A stretch of DNA of 64,000 bases. Source: Octopus sinensis (lineage: Eukaryota). The stretch spans positions 59,210,001 through 59,274,000 of the forward strand of contig NC_043006.1 in the NCBI RefSeq assembly GCF_006345805.1, in the 5' to 3' direction. Below are positions 50,700-64,000 of this stretch, one piece after another (position 1 is the stretch's first letter; the number at the start of each line of letters is the position of its first letter). The notes below the pieces were generated by a model. That model saw nothing but the letters and a program-made list of their open reading frames with translations. It was not told the origin of the DNA and did not search any database. The position numbers and the translations under genes are program-made.

Positions 50700-51640
50700 A
50701 TCTAAAGCTGCCAAGACGAACGCCACTAACCAGGTTATAGATATTTCTGGTACCGCGTTCAACGCCCTAACCTAACCAAGGCGATGGCTGCGGTAGCTGG
50801 AGATTAGAAAGAAGTTTTCATTCCTCAAAGTGGTTGCGGAATGACACATGGGTTCTTCACTCCCAAATCCCACTTCAATAGTTCCAAATTTCTTTTCTCT
50901 AGTGATATGGGTCTTCTGTTCGCACATGCGCCCAAGGCATTTTTGTATTCACTCTCAGACACACTTTCCACCCGCCCAGATTTAACTCCGGTGCAGCGGT
51001 ATGTGACCGTGCATCTCTATGGCGTCTCTATGGAAGGAGGGTTTAGGTCTACCCTTCTCCCATTCCTTTTAACAATTTTCTTAGCCATTTTAAAATCTTC
51101 TTCATCTATGCGGAAATTTTCCAAATTTCTCATCGCAATCGCAAAAGGAATCCTTGTAACAGAGGTGGTTGTGGCGGCGGTCGCGATATTCGCATTTCTA
51201 TGTTTCATTTGTTTATTATTGTTGTTGTTGTTGTTGCTGCTGCTGTTATTGTTGTCACTGCTGCTGTTGTTGCTATCGTTGTTGCTATTGTCGTCACCGA
51301 AAATTTTGACTTTGCTTAGAGACGAAACAGTATTCGCCTTGGTGACTTCATTATGTGTAGGCCATTCTACATATTTGTTTTCATTTTTCTCCGACAAGGA
51401 ACGCGTCCCATTGTCGAACATTATGATGGCTTCTTTAGCAACCATCTTTAAATAATTAAAGAAAATCGCAAAATATTTGCGTTTGCCGAAAGGAGTTTGA
51501 ATTCAAAGATTATTGATGAGCACTCCCTGCAAAATAGGGGTTTTTTTCCACACAAAAAGTTTATCGGCGCAGTCCAGACAATCTCAGAAATCCAATGGTA
51601 ATGCTAAAGGCCGTAAAGATTACAAACACTATTTCAACTT
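50700..51640 (-). mobile_element. Unclassified ~0.9-kb element with a single ORF and (GAT)n tail
   Basis: ORF 51445-51017, which reads on past one stop to about 50830. Ends ...ttggcagctttagatgatgatg. Confidence 0.4.
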
Positions 51641-51680
51641 ATGGAGCTTCAAATTTCCATGACTTTATAGTATGGCGGCC

Positions 51681-51727
<47 letters not shown>

Positions 51728-51730
<3 letters not shown>

Positions 51731-52205
51731 TGTTGTTGTGAAAGATATTGTTGTGAAAGACCAAAACAATAAAGATTGCTTATTGATCGACATGAGCATC
51801 CCCTGTGATCATAATATCTCAGCGAAAGAGTTTGACAAGCTCAGAAAATATAAAGACCTACTCATTGAAATTGAGAAAATGTGGCATCTCAAGGCGGTTA
51901 CAATACCAGTGATCATAGGAGCACTAGGAATGATCAAGAAGGGAACCGAAAATTATATGAGAATGATCCCTGGCTTACCATCCCTTCAAGAAGTGCAAAA
52001 GATTGTCTTAACTGGTACATCACACGTATTGAGAAGAGCATTGTCGATGTGAGAATTATTACTTTAATTTAACTTAAAAAAAAAATGAACGAACTATTGA
52101 GTTTAGTTTAATGGTCTACTAATGTATACTATGAGTTTCTTTGCCCTAGGAGTCGGGAAGACACTCGGCAAGAAATGGAAGCAAATTTGAAAGAAGAAAA
52201 AAAAG
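51728..52205 (+). mobile_element. Dong/R4-type REL domain plus 3' UTR between (AAT)n tracts
   Basis: DIVVKD...LLIDMSIPCD...KYKDLLIEIEKMW...QKIVLTGTSHVLRRALSM*. Confidence 0.93.
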
Positions 52206-52252
52206 TAATAATAATAATAATAATAATAATAATGATAATAATAATAATAATA

Positions 52253-52312
<60 letters not shown>

Positions 52313-54099
52313 TAATAATAATACTTTTGGCACAAGGTTAGCAATTTCGGGGAAGGGGCTAATTCGATTAGATCAACCCCAGTGCTCATCTGTTTTCTAT
52401 TTTATCTCTCAATTTGACCATCTGTCATCGCAACGCACCTTAACTCTTCTTACAAAAGGAACAACCAAAACAGTGATCTTAATGTAGCAGTTACGTTTCA
52501 GCTGTTGTTGCTGCTACCACGGTTAAAATTGTAACGGCCTAGTTGTGATTGCAGCTAAATTTTTTCGAATTTTGAGCTAGTGTTTTGGAAGGCTGCCTCA
52601 GTGAGTTTGAAGAGAGATATCACTCGAGTATTCGCAGTACATTCTGCTGAGGGTTGCTTCCACACGAAAATATACAACAACAATATACATGAGCAAAACT
52701 TAAGTCTTGCTAATGTATATTTCTTTCCAAACACTCCGGGCTGAGAGAAATACTGATGTGCAATGAGAAGAAAAACAACTAACACAGCAATAACAAAAAA
52801 TTCCTAATACAGAAAAGCAACTCTATTGTTTATGTTGTATTTTTATAGATCTACTTTAGTGAGGAACATCAAAAATCTATTTGGAATTTCGTATATAATT
52901 ACTTAGGCTAACCTTGAGAACTCTATTTTCTAAACATAACAATATCTATAATATTAATAGAAAGGATAGTTTAATACTTGTAAGCTTTGTTTCAAATTAT
53001 GTATCTAAGCCTCGGGTCTAATTGTTATAAAATTATAAAATAACATAGAACTGCGATTGAGGTTTTATAACAATACAGTTTAGTATAATCTTTTCTAAAA
53101 GACTGTTAACAAAAGCTGATCAAAAGACAACAGATTCAGCCAAAGAAGGCACCTCTACACGGTTGTTTTGTTTTCCAGATGTAGCAACAAAATATACTTC
53201 AAATAACTCAAAACTATTATAAAAATTTAAGTAGACATTGAACAGTGCAATCTTGTATAACATTCAATGTTTGAAAATAAGACAGGATAGCCACGGCTGG
53301 AATATTTTCGATCATAGGTCTGCTTAATCAGGGTTGACCAGAAGTTAAACAGCAGCAGCAACAACAAGACTATAGTCACAAGAACAACTACTAAAATACG
53401 AGTAGTGATTAGTATTATGCAAAACTGAAATTAATTAGATATCTTTCTCCATACTTTGATGAATATGTCGTTTGATCCCACATCTTCTAAACATGTCTTT
53501 ATCCGAATTCTGCCATATGTTTTATCGATATTAGCCTTGGTTACCAGAAAATTGATTGAACTTTGTTGGAATACAGATGACAAATAATGCAGCAGAAGAA
53601 ATATTTTTATGCTCTGATTCATCTTAGTTTTTTCTCCATATTTCTTTACGATAAAAAATTTCAAATCAATATATTTCAAATGCGAAAAGTCTTCAAACTC
53701 AAATAGAACTTTGAACATGAATCGAAATTAAATCGAAAACCACAGAAAAAAACATGAATAGATGAGATACTTTACAGAACAACCGCCATTCGGATTATCA
53801 TACTTAAAGTTACTTTTTTGATTGAAACCATTCAATACAACCACTAGAACCACTAGAACCATTCTGATTTCAATTTTGGATGGAAAGTTTGCAATTAATT
53901 TCGTTCCTTCCCATTCGATTACCTATCATTGATTTCGATTTTCGAAACAACTCAATGCTATAGAGGGAGAACTTGCAACATATTGGTTTACAGAGTTTTA
54001 AAATGGGACCTTATTGTTCACAAGCATTTCTATCTGCCATTAGAAGTGTAATCGAAGGGGTTACATTTAGTCTAACATTGATTAAAAAAATAACAATTA

Positions 54100-54830
54100 A
54101 AAGGAGAAACAGACCTGCGCTTCCGCAGGATGTCCCAAAATCAAAGAATGGGGGCCTAATAATGGGGAAAAACAAAATTCTTGAAAGAAAAATGGTTTGA
54201 ATACACCAAAAGATTATATGACAAGAGAAAGGATGAGCATTTGCAGATAAAAAAATACTTTGACCACCACCAAGTTTAAGGTGTAGGTCAGATACTCAAT
54301 GAAAAAAAAAGTTTAAAAAGTAAAAAGTTGTGGACCAGATAATACTCTTACAGAGATGATTGTAGTACTAAGGGACTATGACGCGGACAAAATCGCATAC
54401 CTCCTCAATATTATCGACGAATCAGCAGAGAGTTCGGAAGAAATATTTGAATCGATCTTCGTAGCATTTTTCCAAAATACCTGAAGCAAGAGAATATTAG
54501 CAGCGAAGAAGCATTAGCCACATTATGAGCCACAATAGGAAATTCTTGTGTTAAAAAATCTGATGTTCATATCCAGAAACACGATCAAATCTGAGATACC
54601 TGAAGTGTAATGTGAATTTGTTGAGAGCTAATATTATGTATATTCTGAGAAACGTTACCGAAAGAGTAATGCAAATACAAAAATAATAAAAAAATTGTAC
54701 TTATCTTTCGTTGAATACACAAGAGAATTTGCCTTTATAGGTAATGAAGAAATCATTAAAATGTATGAGATTCTTGAGTAAATGCAATGAGGGTATAAAT
54801 TGCCTTCAGATATCAAAAGCTAAAACTTGT
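54100..54830 (+). mobile_element. Decayed RTE-clade RT fragment
   Basis: W(F)EYTKRLYD, GPD..LTEMI, ESIFVA, ISHIMSH..KIL, ILRNVTER, LYLSFVEY. Many stops and frameshifts. Confidence 0.65.
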
Positions 54831-55264
54831 TATTACAGTCATATCTTTATGGTAAACCTTAATACATAGGAAAAGTTTTCAAATAGTGTATGATTAATGG
54901 TTAAATAGAATTATCGCTGATTATGAATGTCGATCTTAGCAACCTGTTAGACACGCCGATGCCTTCAGTCTTTTAACATCTTCTGCAACTCAGTGAACCT
55001 TGATTTAATATTCAGACTCGCAGATTATCGAACCATTCATGTAATAATGATACATTAATTCTCAATACAATGTAACATTATCTTACGTGGTTCAAGCGTA
55101 ATCAATTCATTCCGATAAAAGAAATATGAGTTGACATTCTACACTTTTCTCCTTCCTTCCAAAACGCGATGATAATCGAACTCTTTGGTTATTCTTAATT
55201 GCCAAAGTTGAAGCGGGGTACAGAAATTCCGCTTTAACTCTTATCTCCTTCTTTCTTTCTTTCT

Positions 55265-55303
<39 letters not shown>

Positions 55304-55438
55304 CTCCTCCTCCTCCGCCTCCGCTTCTAATGTTGGCTTCGTCGTCGTTTGAAATAATTCAGAACGAAGTGGTGTATCATTTTGAAGGTTGGTACCTGTG
55401 CGAGATAGACACCTCCTTGCACTCGCGCTCACATGCAT

Positions 55439-55476
<38 letters not shown>

Positions 55477-55862
55477 GCACACACACAATCACGCACACAC
55501 ACACAATCACAATCCGAAGCAGTAACACGGATCGTCTATGACGAGAAATCTGACCGACAATTAGAGACATTGGTCACTGGATGAAAACTGGGACAGAATG
55601 CCTTTTCATAGGCTCAGACAAGAAGTTGGACTCTGTATGAAACACAGTAATTTGAAATATGCGTACAATATCTTTTGACATTTATCTGCTGAGGATCAAC
55701 TACAGTTATGAGCTAATTGTCTTGGCGGTGGATTAAACCACATGAGCAGAGGCAGGATTTGTGATATATCTCTTCAGATACTGGATCAACTCGAACAGAG
55801 GCAACACTGCATGAGCAATATAATCAAAATAGGCGCAATATAATGAACACTATAATCAATAT

Positions 55863-56026
55863 AGGCGCAGGAGTGGCTGTGTGATAAGTAGCTTGCTTAC
55901 CAACCACATGATTGCGAGTTCAGTCCCACTGCGTGGCACCTTGGGAAAATGTCTTCTACTATGGCCTCGGGCCAACCAAAGCCTTGTGAGTAGATTTGGT
56001 AGATGGAAACTGAAAAGAAGACCGTC

Positions 56027-56059
<33 letters not shown>

Positions 56060-56095
56060 GTGTGTGTGTGTGGTGTGTGTGTGTGTGTGTGTGTG

Positions 56096-56126
<31 letters not shown>

Positions 56127-56305
56127 TGTGTCTGTGTTTGTCTCCCCAACATCGCTTGACAACCGATGGTGGTGTGTTTACGTCCCCGTAACTTAGCGAT
56201 TCGGCAAAAGAACCCGATAGAATAAGTACTAAGCTTACAAAGAATAAGTCCTGGGGTCGATTTGCTCGCAGTCAAATGACTGAAACAAGTAAAATAGTAA
56301 AAGAG
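55863..56305 (+). mobile_element. SINE family A, full length
   Basis: Head-to-tail match with the other family A copies. Confidence 0.93.
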
Positions 56306-57663
56306 TAATAATACATTCTTGCATTGGGCATGAACGAAGGATATGTACTACTTTTTTATATGAGTTATACAGTTAATATTTATTCTTAACACGTCCATGC
56401 AGTTTTCATATGCAAAATATGCTGGTCACTGCAGTGTAGGTCATTAGAATAACAACTTGTCCCATTTAAGATGACATTGTGCCCAGCACACTCGGCTCTT
56501 TGGCGCAGCACATTCTGCGACACCGGTGTTTCGACATGTTGTGTCTCGTCAGCCGGAAACAGCTGGAACAGTTAATATTATAATCCCTTTAATGACGATA
56601 GATTGAAAGACACATTAGAGAATTAGATAAACTTGCCATGCGTTATTTAGTTACGACTCTACGTTCTGGATTCAAGTCACTCCGAGGTCAACTTCCATTT
56701 CTCAGGTGCTTTAAAAATGAGTACCAGTTAACTACTAGTGTTTCTTATATTGACTGTACACTCGTCCCAAAACTGAGTTCTTGTATCTATGTTAGAAATT
56801 AATATTATAAAGGTTTTCAGCTAATGATTTGGGAGAGAGTCATACTAAATTGTTAATTAATTTTTATCCTCGTATTTCTATATAGGAATCAAAGCTTTGG
56901 TGGAATCGAATTTGCTTTACATCTATTCAGGATCTATTCAGGTGTTTCATCATAAGAGATAGGTAACAAAATTATTTAATGAAATCAAACGTTTGAATGT
57001 AGCCGCAACTCCATCAGTTTTAACGAACAAGCATTAGCTTAATTTGTTTTTCTCCCACCCCCAGTTCCCACCCCCAAAAAGGAAAACTCCTCACTGCAAA
57101 TTAATTTTTTATCTCGGATATTTTATAACAAAAATTGCTTAGGGGTGAACCTGAGTGAACACCTGCGAATATAAAAAATAACTGTAGTGGAGTTAGAGAA
57201 GAATTTAGAAATTTAAAAATATATCGAGTTATAAATATGAACATTTAGAAATATAGGGAAGGGTAAGACAAAAAAAATTACAGCGGTGAGTTTGCCTGGA
57301 CCAAGAAGTGTTAGAGTAGAAAAAATGTGAGTCGAAGCCGAGGTAAAATTTAAATGGTAAGCATTTCTTAATTTTTAAAATTGAATTCCGTTCATTGTTT
57401 GCAAACTTACTAAATAATTGATGTGTTGCATACGGTAATGATTAATAATTAGTATTGGAAGTTGTCTCTTGGAATGAAATGAAATTATTAGCCATCAAAT
57501 TGATTAAAAAACTATAAATACATACATATAAGCACATACACAAACCACACACACACACACACGCGTTCGTCTTGTATATGTGAAACGAGTAACTGAATAA
57601 ACTAAAGTCTACAACGAACATGTATACACATAAATATGCATGTGTGTGAATGGTGATTCACAA

Positions 57664-57707
<44 letters not shown>

Positions 57708-57721
57708 TTATATATATGTGT

Positions 57722-57763
<42 letters not shown>

Positions 57764-57879
57764 GTGAAATTACGTAAGCATGCAGTCCGGTACGCAGTTT
57801 CCTGATCCACTATGAATTCCAGATCCAACGTAGAGAAGGTTCCAGGTTTGCTTTTTACATAAATGACCGAAGAGGCAAG

Positions 57880-57970
57880 AAACAACATGAAACAGAAGTA
57901 TAAAACATGCTCAGGAAGAAATGCAGAGAAAAATCACTCCATGGCCAATACCCTGCAAGGCATGGCAGAG
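57880..57970 (+). mobile_element. Dong/R4 post-RT scrap
   Basis: EKSLHGQYP resembles the conserved KP(L/M)HGQY motif. Confidence 0.5.
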
Positions 57971-58802
57971 ATGAAGTGAGCCTAAGTGTGTGCATACAAG
58001 ATTGTACTTTGAGGTATAGAACATATTTCTATTTATCTCAATACAGAAATTCAAATGAGATCGGAGTTTATGCATCACCAATGTACCTAACAACCAATCA
58101 TCAGTTGTTTGGTGCATAACTACATGTTCCAAATGCAAATGCTATCTCATTCCTCCATTACCTTTCATTATTCTATGGTCGTTAAAATATATACAGCCTC
58201 ATTAATAGGTATCGGGTTGATGTGCTTAACTATATATAGACAGATGGCTGAGTTTTTTTTTCTAAAGTTAGTTTATAATCTTGCCGCTCAAGTTTCATTA
58301 AAGTTATCATATCTTATACAACATATGTTGAGCACTCCACTCATTTGTCCGATATAAACCGATATACATACATACATACAATCTTAAGCGGAGATAATTC
58401 TAATTAGTCAAGAATTTTCGTGCATGGTATTATTCAAAATCACGCCACTGGCTACTTCGAGTTATTTCTCTTGGGTCATTTTTGTTTAGATTATGAAAAT
58501 TACCTGGGCCATAATATTTTTTCTAAGTCCTTTGGTTACTGGCCATATGATCGACATTTGTTGTGTTGATGAAGGCTACAGGACCACGAAGATGTGTCCA
58601 CGACTGACTTCTTGCTTTCAGACAAGAAGCATGTCCATTTCATTAAAGGCATGTCAGTTTTGGAGATTTACTTGAATTTTGAGATTATTTTCCCTTATCA
58701 AATAGATCTGGTTATAACTGCCCTTTCGTAATTATCCTCTAGAGACGGAAATAATTTTAATGATTTAAAATCATTGTATGATATTTGATACACCGGTATT
58801 TT

Positions 58803-58848
<46 letters not shown>

Positions 58849-59797
58849 CCATCCATGCATCTATCGATGCATCCATCTATGCATCCATCCACCCACCTAC
58901 CTACCCATCTATCTATCTATCTATCTAATCTTGTATCTAATTATTGCTGGAAACTTCGGGTATTTAGCTGTTGGCCAATGCAAATATGTAACCGATGAGT
59001 TCATTTCATAGTCGGGTCATGGCTGACTAAACTTGCAAATCATCTATTTACAGTCTAATTTCTATTACACGCTTGCACCTAACAGATGATCTTTTCAGTT
59101 TGTGCAATATTGAACCATAGCCATCCTACATTTAAGCCAACTAGATTAACCTGGAAAATTTCTATCACCTCTATTTCAATGATGAAGAATCTTTTGTTTG
59201 GAGAACACTTGGCTGTAAAATGTATAACGATTAGAGATAATTCCCTATATTAGTTTTGTTGTCAGTTTTGTTTAGATTATGAAAATTACCTTGGCCCTTC
59301 GTTCTATAACTCAAGTAGTTCCTAAGAGATGAAGGTCTATTGTAGAGTCAGATCTGCGTTCGAAACTGGAATGATACATATTTGCGTTAGTTCTTCTAAA
59401 TGTATACTGATCATCTTGATAGAGTGAAGAATCTTATACACAATCTATTTAATGTCGATATCTCCTCGTCAATTCAGTACCCTATTATAGACGGAATGCT
59501 GCAAGTCGGTCTCATTTTTGCATTTAGTAACAAAGAATATGTCCTGAAGAAAATCGTTCCTCAGCTGGTCTTTTTAATCTGAATATTTTCCATTAGAAGT
59601 GATAAAGTTTGCCTAATGTAATTAGTCGAAACCTTGCTTAAGTTTTCATGTTCATTTTTCTTTTTGCAGAATATGACCTTGATCTATTTAAATTCAGGAT
59701 TAACAAATACTTGGCCTAACATTGGTGGTTTCCTTTATTATATATTTTTCTTGGCCCTTTTATTGTCATCTAATTTTGTTTCTGTTGTGTCTGGGAT

Positions 59798-59976
59798 GAG
59801 TATTTTCTTTTTGTGCCTTAAATTATAAGGCACAATTAAATTAAAATTTTCAATAGCCAAGACTATTGAAAAGGTTGCAAGACGCAACGAAAATTTTAGG
59901 AAAATAAAAATAAGGAATCAGTGGAAATTTTACCGGTGAGTGTGTTAAATTATAAGGCACAAAAAGAAAATGACTC
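59798..59976. mobile_element. MITE-like element with ~22-bp TIRs
   Basis: gagtattttctttttgtgcctt pairs with aaggcacaaaaagaaaatgactc. Internal direct repeat ttaaattataaggcacaa. Confidence 0.55.
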
Positions 59977-60509
59977 TCTCCACACGCAACAAAATATGCT
60001 TCAACACACGAACTCACATAAAGAATCTTACAAACCAAATCCAAAAACGAAATATAATTTTGTTTCGTTTTATTTTTTCCTCTAACGGCACCTCATGCTC
60101 TATATCTTATAACCTTCACTTCTTTTATCAGTTTTATTATTACAATCACATTTTATTTCATTTAAATCATCTATCAATTATTACATAGGTACCCTTCATT
60201 TTCTATCTGAAATACGCATGTATATCTCGAGTATTTATTTCATTATTGCCGCTTTCCCTTTCTCTCAACTATTTGCCAGTGGCTCTTGCTTGGAGTGATT
60301 TCGAATAAATGAAAATTTAAAAGGAAAACTGTGTCACATACTGTGTCATGCTGATTGTGCCTGAGATTTAAGTTAAGGCCATAAATAGCTTTGCAATACT
60401 CAGCCACTTATTCTCTAATAAAATAAGTACATGATTCAATTAATTAAAAAAGCTGGAATACGCTTCATCGAAACTAACGTAGGATCCATTTCCATTACCT
60501 TTTTTGTAT

Positions 60510-60742
60510 AAGGGCGGCGAGCTGGCAGAACCGTTAGCACACCGGGTGAAATGCGTAGCCGTATTTCGTCTGCCGTTACGTTCTGAGTTCAAATTCCACC
60601 GAGGTCGACTTTGCTTTTCATCCTTACGGGATCGATAAATTAAGTACCAGTTTTGCACTGGAGTCGATGTAATCGACTTAATTCGTTTGTCTGTCCTTGT
60701 TTGTCCTCTCTATGTATAGCCCCTTGTGGGTAATAAAGAAAC
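60510..60742 (+). mobile_element. SINE family B, full length
   Basis: gggcggcgagctggcagaa...ctgagttcaaattcc...ccccttgtgggtaataaagaaa. Confidence 0.93.
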
Positions 60743-61158
60743 ATATTTGTATAGTCCATTGAATGAAGTAAGAGAGATTGTATATGTTCATACACACTGA
60801 CTGAGAGAGAGAGAGAGAGAGAGAGGGAAAAGGAAAAGAGAGGAAGAGAGAAAGTAAAGCAAGGAGTGAATGAGAAAAAGGTGGGGAAAGAGAACGGAGG
60901 CTAAAGGGTTAAAGATAAAGCTGATGATCTTGCTCACCGTTATCTTGATCAATATAGTGCGGCTCATTATACTGGCGATGAAGACTGAAAGACATAGGAG
61001 GAGATAAAGGTAAGACAAACAGCTAGATGCGAATACGGCTGTATTCAAATCTAAATTATATTGTTTAAAGAAAATGGAAATTAATTTTTAATAATATATA
61101 AGTGTAGCTTATATATCTTTCACAACTAATACCTTAATTGCTCGTTGTATGACGTGAG

Positions 61159-61220
<62 letters not shown>

Positions 61221-61343
61221 GTGAGTATGTGTGTGTCGTTAGAAATATATGTGACTGCATAAATAACTAGCAAATGTGTGAAATTCAGATTGTGCTTCAA
61301 TAATAGGTTTTATGCATGGTGTATGTGTGTGTATGTGTGTGCA

Positions 61344-61374
<31 letters not shown>

Positions 61375-61766
61375 TCAAGTAGGAAGTATGGAAGGCCACG
61401 TTGTTAAAATTGAATTTAATTGTCTGTTTAATTGATGAGCGTGTTGGAAAGACAAACAATAAGCAGGGTTCGTTAAGGTTAGAAAGCATGAGTTTGTGGG
61501 ATGACGTCGTCGTCGAAGATGATGATGAGGATTGTGATGGTGGTGGTGGTGGTGGTGGTGTGGTGGTGGTGGTGGTGGTGGTGGTAGTGGTGGTGGTGGT
61601 GGTGGTGGTAGTGGTGGTGGTTTGTGGTAGTGGTTATGATGATAGCTATAGTGATGATAATGATGTCAGTAACGGGATGATAATTATTCTAATTGCTGGG
61701 GTTACTTAATCGACTAGCCCTAAATTTTAGGCTGTCTTCTTATAGTTGAAAGGATTTATTATTATT

Positions 61767-61801
<35 letters not shown>

Positions 61802-61829
61802 TATTATTATTATTGTTATTATTATTATT

Positions 61830-62165
61830 AAGGCGGTAAGGTGGTCGAGTCGTTAGCAAGCTAGACAAAATGCTTAGCGGTATTTCGTCTGCCGCTACGT
61901 TCTGAGTTCAAATTCCGCCGAGGTCGACTTTGCCTTTCGTCCTTTCGGGGTCGATTAAATAGGTACCAGTTACGCACTGGGGTCGATATAATCGACTTAA
62001 TCCGTTTGTCTGTCCTTGTTTGTCCCCTCTGTGTTTAGCCCCTTGTGGGCAGCAAAGAAATAGGTATTTCATCCGCCTTTAACGTTCTGAGTTCAAATTC
62101 CGCCGAGGTCGAATTTGCCTTTCAGCATTTCGGGGTCGATGAAATGAGTACCAGTTACGCATACA
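61830..62165 (+). mobile_element. SINE family B with partial tandem re-duplication
   Basis: Full copy to about 62062, then the internal segment ggtatttc...ccagttacgca is repeated. Confidence 0.9.
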
Positions 62166-62194
62166 CTGTGTGTGTGCGTGTGTATATGTATTTA

Positions 62195-62408
62195 CTTTCT
62201 TTTACTTGTTCTAGTCATTTTGACTGCGGCCATGCTGGAGCACCGCCTTTAGTCGAGCAAATCCACATCAGGACTTATTCCTTGTAAGCCTAGTATTTAT
62301 TCTATCGTTCTCTTTTGCCGAACCACTAAGTTACGGGGACGTAAACATACCAGCATCGGTTGTCAAGCGATGTTGGGGAGACATACACACACACACAAAC
62401 ATATACAC

Positions 62409-62443
<35 letters not shown>

Positions 62444-62665
62444 TATATAATATATATATATATATACATACATATATATATACATATATACATATATACG
62501 ACAGGCTTCTTTCAGTTTTCGTCTATCAAATCCACTCACAAGGCTTTAGTAGAAGACTCGAGGCTATAGTAGAAGACACTTGCCCAAGGTGCCATGCAGT
62601 GGGACTGAACCCGGAACCATGTAGTTGATAAGCAAGCTACTTCCCATACAGCCACTCCTGCACCT
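62195..62665 (-). mobile_element. SINE family A
   Basis: Reverse complement of the family A sequence. Confidence 0.92.
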
Positions 62666-63353
62666 ATGTATATATATATATATTCTCTTGCAGCTCTTCT
62701 AACATCATCTATTGCCTGAACTGTACACTTTGCGGCTTTTTATATGTTGGACAGTCACACACACAAACGCAGCAACACACACTGCACTCACAAACACATC
62801 ACCTAGCCTACCACCAAGGCCATCTACTGCTAAGTCCTACAACTAATGCTAACCCTACAGCTACTAACATCTTAGATTCACTGTCTCTCACACAAACACT
62901 CACATAAGCACAAACACACACGACTACATATAGTAGTATGCTACGCACAGCGCCCAAATATGTTACTCCCAGCACGCGCCCGCACAACACATAAAAATGC
63001 ATACATACACATATACATTCCACACAGACATTGGCCACTTTTGTACTCTCTTGCTTTCAAAAGCCACATTCTCTATATCCCTCCAAATTCTGGTTAGTTA
63101 TTTTTGGGCCATGTAACGACACACGTGCTTTTCTTCAGACTATCTACTCCTTCCTCCTTTTCCTCCTCTCTTGACATATTCCCTCTTTCTAACGAAGAGC
63201 CATGCTCGGAACGTTAATTTCCACTCTATTTTTTCCATCTCAAAACTTTCACTGAGTGTCAGTCTAATATATTCCCTGTGAACATTTGACTTCTGTTGCT
63301 TTTCCCAGTTTTATTTCTCTCCCCTCTGTCTGTCTCTGCCTCTCTCTGCATAC

Positions 63354-63405
<52 letters not shown>

Positions 63406-64000
63406 ATATAATATATATATATATATAAAGTGTACTTAAAGAAAGAACACTCATGTCTAGACTTTTTGATAGTAGGTCAGTAGATCAGCTCTGACCTTTT
63501 GTCTAAAACAATATCAATGTTGAAAGAAGTTTTAATCAACTTAAGATGGGTGCCATCCATCTTCTGAAGCAGTTTTTAATATATTTTTCTTTCCCAATCC
63601 TCCCAGCAATTATTGTGTTCATCTCTTCTCCATCGTGTTCATCCCGAATGTACGAATGTAATACGTAGTTAACCAGAGTTTCGTCGTCACATCTGGTATA
63701 GTGTAATATTGACGAGAAAGATTCGTCAGAGAGCAGAACCACCAGAATCAATACGATATCTGGGTTGGGTAGTTGAAAGAGGTAAGATTTTAAATCAGAC
63801 AGTATGAAAACTAATTTCGAGGCGGTGAAAAATATAATATTGCTAGAGCCACAACAACATCAACAATAACAACAAGAACAAGAACAACAAGAACAAGAAC
63901 AAAAAGAAGAACAACAACAATAACAACAAATCTAGCAAGTTGAGGCAATAGCTGCAACAGTAATCACAGCAAATAATGCAATATAAAGAACACAACAGCT

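Noticed and set aside
53431-53718. 95-aa minus-strand ORF
   Set aside because: AT-rich with no identifiable motif; such lengths are expected by chance.
63665-63735. Minus-strand CTGACGA...GAAACTCTGGTT hammerhead, and a plus-strand exon ending GAG|GTAAGA at 63781
   Set aside because: Stem I does not pair. The exon has a weak acceptor and no recognisable peptide.

Overview
This is repeat-saturated animal genomic DNA. The SINE families and the microsatellite density resemble Octopus/coleoid cephalopod sequence; that assignment is from recall, not a database result. I cannot support any host gene, rRNA, genuine tRNA or CRISPR array, and most ORFs in the track are microsatellite artefacts. Recognisable content: (1) many fragments of Dong/R4-type REL-endonuclease LINEs sitting in (TAA)n tracts; (2) RTE-clade LINE fragments, two with C-terminal C2H2 zinc fingers and one with a 5' inversion; (3) a 2-kb internally deleted Gypsy element with 111-bp LTRs; (4) two tail-to-tail Penelope-like elements (RT/GIY-YIG); (5) a 2.1-kb ORF1-only Tx1/L1-like element inserted with a TSD into the tRNA-like head of a SINE; (6) at least three tRNA-derived SINE families. 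The most notable signal is about a dozen hammerhead-ribozyme-like motifs (CUGANGA-stem II-GAAA-palindromic stem III-UH). They occur in several unrelated short repeat families, in both Penelope 3' UTRs, and inside long fold-back inverted repeats, which suggests a population of non-autonomous ribozyme-carrying Penelope derivatives.
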